Assembly: GCA_973895155.1 (NCBI GenBank)
Contig: OZ316892.1
Coordinates: 10,926,420 to 10,990,419 of the forward strand
Source: Marsupella aquatica
Taxonomy: Eukaryota; Plantae; Marchantiophyta
DNA length: 64,000 nt
Direction of reading: 5' to 3'
Below the pieces are notes generated by a model, which worked only from the letters and a program-made list of their open reading frames with translations, was not told the origin of the DNA and searched no databases. Below, in pieces: positions 54,233 through 64,000 of this stretch. Numbering within the stretch: the stretch's first letter is position 1; each line of letters opens with the position of its first letter. A program made the position numbers and the translations under genes.

Positions 54233-55516
54233 TGTTGAGCATAGACGACGATCGCAACGGCAAGCCCATGAACCATCCAACGCACAATAGTCGACACAAG
54301 AGATACGTGGTTCACCTCCTTGAGGCTACGTCCACGAGAACACACAAGAGAGCTTTACTGAACTCTAAGCCCGTCGGCTATACCGAGTCTCCACAGTGTA
54401 AGCTCTCCCTATCTCTCAAGTGGCTCCATAACAATGAGCCTTGGTTCTACCTCTCCAAGCACACATGCCTCTTATGATATAGTGTGCAACTTAGTTGTAC
54501 CTAACCACATAGTTGTACCTAACCACATAGTTGTACCTAATCACGTAGTTGTACCTAACCACATAGTTGTACCTAATCACGTAGTTGTACCTAACCACAT
54601 AGTTGTACCTAATCACGTAGTTGTACCTAACCACGTAGTTGTACCAACCCACGTTGTTGTACCAACCACGTCATACCTAACCTAGACGTAAGAGTAAATA
54701 CCCAACAATCTTCCCCTTGACTCTGGTCTAGGGGAGAGTAATACTGCCAATGTATATGATCCCTCAGCGGGAAGTTCTGGACAGAAACCAAACCGGTTTC
54801 CCTCTCTAACTAGAGCAAACCAAAACTAAGCCGTAGCCTAATACATAGGAATGAGGAAGAGCATATATCAGTAATTACAATGAATGTTTAAGAAAACTCT
54901 ACTTGTGATGCAATTGCAAAACCTGCAATACGTCACGGTGTCTAGAGAAACTCTCCAAAGGAATCACTTTGGTAAATGCGTCAGCCGGGTTGAGTTTACC
55001 ATCAATCTTGACTAGCTCAAACAAATTATCAGACACAGCCTGCCTGATAAAATGGTACCTGACGGGTATTTACTCTTACGTCTAGGTTAGGTATGACGTG
55101 GTTGATACAACAACGTGGGTTGGTACAACTACGTGGTTAGGTACAACTACGTGATTAGGTACAACTATGTGGTTAGGTACAACTACGTGATTAGGTACAA
55201 CTATGTGGTTAGGTACAACTACGTGATTAGGTACAACTATGTGGTTAGGTACAACTAAGTTGCACACTATATCATAAGAGGCATGAGTGCTTGGAGAGGT
55301 AGAACCAAGGCTCATTGTTATGGAGCCACTTGAGAGATAGGGAGAGCTTACACTGTGGAGACTCGGTATAGCCGACGAGCTTAGAGTTCAGTAAAGCTCT
55401 CTTGTGTGTTCCCGTGGATGTAGCCTCAAGGAGGTGAACCACGTATCTCTTGTGTCGACTATTGTGCGTTGGATGGTTCATGGGCTTGCCGTTGCGATCG
55501 TCGTCTATGCTCAACA
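54233..55516. mobile_element. Aberrant Copia insert: two LTRs in inverted orientation around a PPT/RNase H end, with 5-bp TSD
   Basis: LTR(-) 54233-54707; PPT, 3'UTR and RNase H C-terminus (-) 54708-55063; LTR(+) 55064-55516 lacking its first 4 nt (tgtt). Direct repeat TTTTC at 54228-54232 and 55517-55521. Confidence 0.93.
54493..54671. repeat. 18-bp tandem array in LTR U3 (10 units; 9 units in the inverted partner near 55097-55258)
   Basis: agttgtacctaa(c/t)cac(a/g)t units; they produce the spurious VVPNH(I/V) ORFs. Confidence 0.97.
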
Positions 55517-56489
55517 TTTTCTATTGAGTTTCAATCCACTGTTGAGAATTATAAGAATCATAATATTTTTTAACTAAATATGAGAATATCCCAAGAACAT
55601 TCTATTAAGTTAGTGGTACAACATTACGTAAAAAACATTCAGTTTCTTATGTGTTAGGGTGTTTATTTCCTCAAAACTCTGAGTGTGATACGAAACACCC
55701 CTTGGATTGAGGCCCCCAAGCCATCCACCATACTCTTTGTTAACAAATGATTGGTCCAATGCACTGATCAATCAGAACAAACCGCAAGACTTAGACATTG
55801 TTGTTTGTTAAGTAGACAAATTCAATATAATTAAATTATTTACTATGATATAAAAATAACTACACAGGTTACCAAAGGTTACTGTTTGCTCCAACTCTTT
55901 CTTGTTCAACATGTTAATTTTATTTGACTGTTCTAAAACTTTTCCCAGTTCTAATCGTTTTGTTGGCGCCCGTGTTGGCGTTGTTTATTACGGACCCCAC
56001 TAGAGGTCCCTTCCAAAATTCCTGGCACCACAGCGTGCCATGTCAACAACAACCGCAACAAACAAGACTCGTCAGTTTTGTGAATCAAACTTATAGTTTT
56101 CATTTGTGTTTGTGTCAATTTGGGTGTAAATTTTGGGACACCATGCTGTAAAAAGACAAGTAAAAACACTAGAAATGTAAAGAGCAAGACGGTTAAAACT
56201 GTCACTATGTAACCGTTTTAGTTACATTTCCAATTTTAAAACTTAAATTCAAAGATTTATAAAAAGTATTTTTCATATAATAAATAATGACTAATAACTA
56301 ACTTGATAACTTCCTTGTTAAATCGCAACTCCTGTTATGTAAGGACCTCTCGTATTGTACGGCCATTAATGCTGGGAAGAGCACATAGAAACCCAGGATC
56401 GGGGAGGAGGAATGGCTGGAATCTTGAAAGTTTATCGAATCCTATACTCAAAACTATTTACTCATTCTCAAAACAAAAAATACCCAGTC

Positions 56490-56780
56490 GTAGATCTCAT
56501 TGAGATCTTTCTTTTGCACCCTAGATTGCCTTCTAACATGGATGAATAAGATTTCTAAAGGCATTACAAAATGGACGGCAAAGATCGTAAAATCAACAAA
56601 ATTGACGGCTAGGAAGGCTTGGATTTGTTTAATTTTTCATTTGAAAAATATTAACCCATTTGCAAAACGGACAGAACCCATCCATAGATCTATTTGAGAT
56701 CTTTCTTTTGAGCCATAGATTGGCCATTATGATGGATGGACGAGATTTCCGAAGATAAGAAATGGAGACGGCTCAGATTG
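56490..56780. repeat. Diverged direct repeat, ~194-bp period
   Basis: agatct..ttgagatcttt.cttttg...tagattg...atggatg...agattt...gacggc..agat occurs twice. Confidence 0.65.
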
Positions 56781-58251
56781 ACTCTTCCCCCTGATTTTAT
56801 TAGCCAAGGGGTCCACGAACTAATTTCCTTTTTAAGGTTATATATTTCTCTGAGGTGAGAATGATATTTTTTCTTCTTTCTGTTATCAAGTGGGGGAATG
56901 AAGAAGATATTTGAAGAGCGCGTTTGGTCAGGTTTTCGGTTATTTTCACTTTATCCCTTTTTTGTGCAATTCTTTCAATTGCATATTTAGAATTATTTTT
57001 CATTGCAGGTGTATTCCTCCTTTTATAATATGTGATCTTGCCCTCCCCTCTCCCATGGGCCACACATAAGAAAATTAAAACAATAAGAAAAAATTGGGAA
57101 AAATCAGTCCTCTGGCTTTTGTTATCTCTCTCCATTCTTACCAGTTGGCATTTCCTATTCCTGTTGGCTCAAGTTAGTCCTCTCCCTCTCTCTAGTTGTC
57201 TCTCTCCCCTCGTACCTTTGCATTTTCCATTCTCTTCATTGAGACCCTTCTCGCCCTTTTCAGAAAGCAAATTGGACATTGTTTATACAACATATTTTGT
57301 CAAAAGGCACAGAATGATGGGAGTAAAGGATAACAAAAAGGGAGGCCGAAGGATTCTTCTCCATTAAAGCTAAAATTACAAAGAGAAAACTCACCAAAAG
57401 AATTGAGTATATTGTGGTGATAGACCCAGGGTGATAGAGTGAATTTTCCCGTTGTATACATTAAATAATATGGTTTTCTCTTACTTTAGGGTGGGCTGGG
57501 GTGGAGGGCATGTCCCAACGGGAGAGACGAGAAAGGACAAGAGAGGGGGTGGGGGCCTTTTAAATATTTTATGTAATTTTCCTTTCCTTTGGAGAGGGGT
57601 GCGGACAGTGGTTGTCTTCTGACGGGATGGTTTTTGGTATGTTTATTAAGGAGTATATATCGGTGGAAAGTGGATTTTTGTTTGGACAATTAATATTTTC
57701 TGGGGGCGAGGAGAGGGTTTTTGCAATTAGGAAAGACGTTTAGGGCCACTGGTTCACATCTTAAAAAAACAACCTAAAAACAGGAGTACAAGGAGAAAAC
57801 CGGGGAGAAAACTTTGTAGAGGGATGAGAATGCAAGAGTTAGTTTTATAAACTATGAGGGGTCAGGAGTGGGATTTTGCAAAAATATGATCTGACTACTT
57901 AGCAACAATGATACAAAATCTAGAAATAAAACTTAACATTTACAGCTGCTAAAATATAGAGTTCAAGAGGTTAGAGTTGATTTGGTATGTAACACAATTA
58001 GGTTTATCAGTTCCAGCAGTCGTTTAGTGGGCAGAGATTTTGACCACACTCAGGGCCTGGCCAAATGAATTACGCGGGTTTCTAGGATTAGATTGTTTAG
58101 AAATGTCAACTTGTGTGGACTGCACCAAAGAGATAAATTGTTTTTCTTGTTATTGAGTACACATATTTTCTGTTAGCTAATAAATCTGGAAACTACAATC
58201 TCATCTAGGTTCCATCCAACATTCCAAATAATAAGTATTGCAAGTACTCTT

Positions 58252-59097
58252 TTTTAATTTTTTAATTTTTTGTTTTGGGAAAAGGGGGCACGGAGGCCGT
58301 CAATAACATGCAAGGGGACAAAAGCCACCCAAGAATGAAAACAACAGGCCCCAACGCCAGGAGCCCAATGGGCAGGAAAAACAAAGCAACACCGCCCAAC
58401 TGGGCACCCAACCCCAACCCCAACCCCCACAAGCCCAAACAAGGGGGGCGCAAGAGCACCTCAAACTCTCCTCCACGCTATTCTCTCCGTAAGCCTTTGG
58501 TAAATACTATTTTGATCAGGGTTCTGCTGTCTACCATTCTGTCTATTCCAACTCTCTCGTGTGTTCTCGATCTGGTCAGGCGTGATCAATTCTCATTCAT
58601 CAGTCATGTTGGGTCATGGGAATCGGGCTTTCAGTCTGAGCCCAGGGCTGGAGCATAACACTTAGTTGCTGGAGCGGATTACTAAGTTGTCTGCCTTTCT
58701 TCTCAGAGTGGCAATTGTCAATCATGACCCGCAGGTGTGTTTCGTTTTGTCTGAGAACCACCCAGCCGGGAAGTCGCCCCAAGAACTGGGAGTAAGTCAC
58801 TGAGTTGCGCTCCAGCCAAATGTTGTTGCACATCTCCATAAGCAGCACCAGAGGTCCGGGGTTCCGCTTGTGCTTACGGATAGCCCCAGTCATGGCTTCA
58901 AAGAGCGACCGGGGAGATCAGAGTCGGGGGCCCCCTGCACCAGCCGGTTCACCTCTTTCCAGCGATCAGTAACCTTGCAGCAGCTGAAGAACAGATGTTC
59001 GGCATGTTCAAAACATGTCTTACATCTGTAGCACAGTCCATCGCACACTTTCCAGTGGTTGCCTCTGCCATTGGTGAAGAACCCGTGGTTCAGCAGT
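58252..59097 (-). mobile_element. 5'-truncated L1-type LINE (zf-RVT C-terminus, 3'UTR, poly-A)
   Basis: Minus frame LLNHGFFTN..CDGLCYRCKTCFEHAEHLFFSC..W, then IWLERN; T-rich tail at 58252-58276 on +; TSD caagtactctt at 58241-58251 and 59098-59108. Confidence 0.92.
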
Positions 59098-59556
59098 CAA
59101 GTACTCTTCTTCTTAACATGTCTGGGCGGATTGTTCAGTGGTTTTATCAGGACAGCAACCCAACTACCTTCTTAACACATCTACTAAGGCCTGTAACTTA
59201 GTTCAGCCATTTGTGACCCACCCCCTTGGTCAGGGGCCTCGTTAGTTAGATTGGGAAAGTTAAGCCGGGATGGACTGAGGGGTTTGTTTTGCCCATCCCC
59301 ATGGACTATGACACACACTGTTTCAATTTACACCCAAAATCCACACTGTAAAGCTATCTTAAGAAGTACGCCTCAAGTAGTTTTTCCAGGTGTCTCGATC
59401 AAATATGAAATGCTAGTTTTTAGCAAACTTGTTCATTTATTTAAACAAATTTTGGATCTTTGTTTGAGCTCAAAATTTTCCAGCATGTCCTTTGATGTTA
59501 TGAGTCAATCTATCTAAAGTAGCTTTGGAAATACAGAGTTGTAATGGTATGTATAC

Positions 59557-59652
59557 GGTTAAGGACCAGGGCTATCCCTTAATGGGATATAAAGGCGACC
59601 GTATATATGGGAGACTGTTTATCCCATTAAGGGATTAGCCCAGGTCTTTACC
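59557..59652. repeat. Hairpin with ~33-bp imperfect arms
   Basis: ggttaaggaccagggctatcccttaatgggata ... tatcccattaagggattagcccaggtctttacc. Confidence 0.85.
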
Positions 59653-59984
59653 TGTTCGTTAAGGTAGGAAACACTGACGTATCAAAGTTCGTTGAGTATT
59701 TTCATTTTTTATTACAAGACTCAGTTTATCTGGATTTTGAATTTGCAATTGCTGTCCCAAACATTCCGCATAAGCATCTACCACAAGAGAAAAAGCAATC
59801 AGATCACAGACCGTATAAATATAAGATTATTTTGAATGAGATATAATAAAAGTCTTTTGTGCTAACTTGGCAGCAGCCTAAAACCCCAAAAATCAAAATA
59901 CCACTCTGACTAAGATTTCCATCTTGGTACATTGGTCCATCCAGGCGCATTTTTTTCGAATTTTACGTTCGTTAGATTGGGCAT

Positions 59985-60072
59985 CTTTTTCGAATAATAA
60001 TATTAGGCAACGTAAAACTGAGACCATTATTACGTCCATTATTACGTTGCCTAATATTATTATTCGAAAAAG
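59985..60072. repeat. Hairpin with 31-bp perfect arms
   Basis: ctttttcgaataataatattaggcaacgtaa (59985-60015) / ttacgttgcctaatattattattcgaaaaag (60042-60072). Confidence 0.95.
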
Positions 60073-60492
60073 CGGAGCACCCCGAGAGCGCGGGACGCAT
60101 CACCTGAGTGGAAGTCTGGTTTAGTCGGGGCACAGAACGCACATGTGCAGCATCAGGTCTGGTATCTTCTCGCCTGATCTCTCCTTCTCGGAGCAGTCAC
60201 TCTTTAGGAGCGCTCGTTTGTTTCGTCAACTGGTGGGAAGTCTTGTGTTATTATTCGGGGCACAGAACGCGTTTGTGCAGGAGCGGCAACTCTCGTTGTG
60301 CTGTCCCTTCTCTCACTCAGTCTTTGGGAGCGCTCGTTTTGATTTGTCACTTCGTTCGCAACTACTTGAGGTTGAAGCATTTTGTTAGAGCTCCGCGCTG
60401 CAATCTTAGCTCTATTAATCAACACTCTGTCTTGTTCAAGTCGTTCGCAACGAGGTCGACGCATTTTCTCAAGCCCCCGCAACAAAATCTAA

Positions 60493-60672
60493 ACTCTGTC
60501 TCTACTTTCGTTCGCGACTACGATTGGTTTAAGCATTTTGTCAAAGCTCAGCACAGAAATCTTACCATTACAACTCTGTGTCACTCTGTCTCTACTTTCG
60601 TTCGCGACTACGATTGGTTTAAGCATTTTGTCAAAGCTCAGCACAGAAATCTTACCATTACAACTCTGTGTC
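60493..60672. repeat. Perfect tandem duplication 2 x 90 bp, with older degenerate units upstream (60120-60492)
   Basis: actctgtctctactttcgttcgcgactacgattggtttaagcattttgtc... at 60493 and 60583; related units near 60350 and 60440. Confidence 0.93.
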
Positions 60673-61354
60673 TGTATGCGGGATGTTTGAGCATTCAGTG
60701 ATCTTTGAATTTGATGTCGGAACATGATAATTCTATGTAATGATGGCTTCTGCAGTTTATTTTAAGGTCTCTGTCGCTATCGGGAGTGCCAGATATGATG
60801 GTCTAACAACGAATTGAAAATAATTGAGAATCTCGCCCGGTTTCTTCCTCTGTTCCCCTGCGATTTCTCCTGCGGACAAGGGCCCTGCGGACTGACGGAC
60901 AACAATTATGTTAGGGAGAGCCCTCACTTCGTTCGGGAATGTTCGTGATCGACAGCTTGTCGCGCTTTGCTTGATTCAATTGCATTTTAATGCTTCTACT
61001 TTGGTCATGAAAGATTGTAGCGCTTATCCTGATCAGATTCGAGGAGGCTGTTCTCTTCTCTTTTGTCCGTAAGCTTCTGCAGCTTCTTATTGTTGAGCTC
61101 TGTCTGAAATTAATTTGGTAGATAAACTTGAGAGGCTCTACATCAGTATTCGTTAAAATAGCAGAAAGACGGGTAAGCGTAGCGGTGTGGCGGAGTCAGA
61201 TAGGAGAAACCAGACGTGACATCAAGAAGCTATACAATTACAATATCCATATATCTGCGATATTCTACGCAGTTGTAGGTATCGTCTAATTAATCTCATA
61301 TTTGTTGCAGAGCTTTCAGTCAGTTCCCACATTGAACTCGTTGAAGTCAAAGTT

Positions 61355-63487
61355 ATGAAGTGCAATGCGTGTTGGCGAAATCTCGAAGGACGGGCAGTCA
61401 CTACGAATTGCGGACACGTCTTCTGTATCCTTTTCGTACTTCTCACTTATATGAAGTTTATTGCCTTCGAAATGCACTTTGTAAAATACTGTTATCAACT
61501 TAACTCGCAGGGTTATCTTACTACAGGTATTGAAGATGCCACAAAAATCCTCAGTTCAGATTCGACCTGTCCGCTTTGCGAACGGATCCTGTCCAAAAGG
61601 TGAAACTCTGGACGATGTTAACATCCTGAAATCCTTCTTTCATTTCGAATTTCAATTAATTAAGGCCACTCTGCTCACTCGATAACTTATTGTGCTCGCA
61701 GTGACATGAAGGCGATCGACCTTTGTCCGAAAGACGATTGGGTGAATGTAAGTCTCTAAATATATATGCACATGGATTTCGTACCTAGCTTGACAATATA
61801 TATGCGGTTTAATAGGAATAATATTGTTTGGTTGCTTAAATCGCGTGGCTGTAAGAACACCCCGACCGAAAATGTTACAGAAGTTCATGATTGTAGTATC
61901 GATATGAGAAAACTAACATAAGTAGTCAACGAATATTGATGTACCGTTAGACTGAGTATGAGGATGCTATCTGCTTGTTCAATTCCCGTCTGCAGATGGC
62001 GATGGCTGGTATGCCACCCGACTCCAGTATCCAAAGATGAACGTTATGTTAATGGTCCAAGTTATTGCAGGTAGTGTACTAGGTCGTAGTGCAACGCATC
62101 TAATCTGGAGTACCTTAGGAAAGAAAACTTCGTCGTCTTAATTCAAAGTTGAGCCATATTGTTTTGGTAGTAATATCGCAGCTAATTACAAACTATCTAG
62201 TCCATGTATTCAATGACGAATGGTTTGTCCAACCGCGTCGACCTCTGTTGTTAACCCTTGACATTCGAACAGTAATGAAAAGTTGTTTCAAAGGAGTCGT
62301 CTTCTGGATTGGACAAAAAGATGTAGAAGCGCAGGTCACAGTGAGTAAGGCCATGCAACTTCGAGAGAAGTTCGAAGAGATGCAAACCAAGTACATGGAG
62401 AAACTGCAGCAAGTACATTCCGCTTATCAAAAGGCCATGAAGAAACTTCAGGCTCTAGAAGAGGAAAAAGAGAGTATTCTCAAAGACAAAAACGAACTGC
62501 AGGAGAAATACGCAGAAAAATCAAGGTATGATATGAAGCACGAGTTTCTAACTTGCTCCTGTACTCGTGAGATTTGGCGGTGATCTAGCTATGAGGTACC
62601 TGCAGGTACAAATGACATACTGAGCAATTTATTGTATGAGACAATCATCAAGCGTGCTTATGAATGTGGAAATTAGGATGACATTGGTCTGTTCCCCGAA
62701 CCATGGCTGAAATGCTGATAACACGGCTGACGCTGAGTGAGTATGTATGTCTAAATGAATAAAAAGGCAGAAGAGGAAGTTGGAAGAGATGTATGAAGTC
62801 TTGCGGGGGGAATACGAGAAGGCCAAGCGAACTGCCATTTCACAACCAACTCAACACAATCGGCAAGCAGCATTGACACAGAAAAATCCGTACCAATTTT
62901 CAGCTAGAACGCCATCACCATTCGAAAATCCTAATATTCAACTAAGACAAGGTAACTGAGGCACTTTATAGATACTAGTCGGTGGTAGTCAATTTTCTCT
63001 TGAACGCACGAAAAGTCAGTATGAATATTATTCCCGGGACATTATTAATATTTTCAGTAGTATTTCTCGAGAGCGACGCTGATCTATATAGCCAGATATT
63101 CGAACTGCATTGATGTCATGCCCAAATCGTAGTACTCTGCATTGGTCAGTTGAGTCTTTGACTACAAATTTCGCAGAATCGACGATGGGGTTCGAAATTG
63201 CACCGATAACGCCAGCTGCTCAGAATGCTCAATTGTGGCCAGCGCGTCAGAAAGCTGGATCTGGTTTGTTCGACTTGCCGGGAAGGCCAGCTCCCCGGTC
63301 TGCGAGGAACGTCATGGCCGGCAACTCCAAAGGTGGAGGTTCTCCTTTCGCAAATTCCGACCCGTCGATGTTCACACTAGGACCAGGTGGTGGTGTACCT
63401 AACATTACTTCGAATGGCATCCGTAACCTGCTCCTTTCGCCGTTAAAAACTCCCACATCTCGCCTACCGCCTTCGGGTTTCAGGTAA
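61355..63487 (+). CDS. HEI10: E3 ubiquitin ligase HEI10/CCNB1IP1 (meiotic crossover RING protein), ~322 aa
   Basis: Exons 61355-61424, 61527-61599, 61702-61747, 61996-62026, 62273-62525, 62767-62951, 63177-63487 (969 nt, in frame). MKCNACWR..AVTTNCGHVFC.EDA..CPLC; coiled coil ELQEKYAEKSRQKRKLEEMY; LWPARQ; IRNLLLSPLK. The end may instead splice at 63483 (AG|GTAAC). Confidence 0.95.
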
Positions 63488-64000
63488 CGTCCTGCATGAG
63501 AGCTACTTTTCACTGCTATTCGGTGGCTCCCCGTCAGAAGCGCGTGCAGTACGTGATTGTTCTTTCGTTTGTTGCATGCATGCACATAAGTTCATTTTCT
63601 TTCGAGAGGAGTGTAATCCTTTGGAAGTTGGAAAGGGGACTTACTCACTTGTTAACTACCGTGCAGTATGTAATTTTCAAGTTTTCCGATCAAGTCTTTG
63701 TGAATAGCAAACCAGAGACGGAACAATGCTTCTCAACCTGGCCTTAGTATCGATTCGGGCAACCAGACCCTTATCAGGCAGGTACTGGTCTGGCAATTGT
63801 GAATTCCCCATGACAGCGTAATTTTATTTACCACATTTTGAAATGATAGCATCACTTTCCGAGATGTTCGCAAAGTATCATCCGATTGCTAATTGAAAGT
63901 AACACACATACGACTTATACGGAAACACATAATTCTTGTGTTCCACAGCCGGCTCCACAAGTATTCACCTGATTTGAGGTAGCTCCAGACAGATAGCTTA

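Noticed and set aside
54434-55315. VVPNHI-repeat ORFs on both strands, or a CRISPR-like array
   Set aside because: These are translations of the 18-bp LTR tandem array; there are no unique spacers or cas genes and the context is eukaryotic.

Overview
Eukaryotic land-plant nuclear DNA, probably a bryophyte such as a liverwort (inferred from gene content and structure). All alignments and translations below were done by eye. Three intact intron-containing genes are present: a cofactor-independent phosphoglycerate mutase (37206-42212, -), an UNC93-like MFS transporter (44175-47753, -) and the meiotic RING E3 ligase HEI10 (61355-63487, +). The first ~13 kb holds heavily decayed TORNADO1-like LRR-Roc-COR (ROCO) remnants on both strands. 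One Ty1/Copia family appears four times: a full-length copy with TSD and very short LTRs, a solo LTR, a 5'-truncated copy, and an unusual 1.28-kb insert with two LTRs in inverted orientation, U5 ends outward, flanked by a direct 5-bp repeat. There is also a 5'-truncated L1 with TSD, SINE/MITE-like repeats and hairpins. The most interesting signals are the inverted-LTR insert, a gag/pol TGA shared at the same position by two diverged Copia copies, a U3-deleted (self-inactivating-like) LTR pair, and U12-type introns in HEI10.
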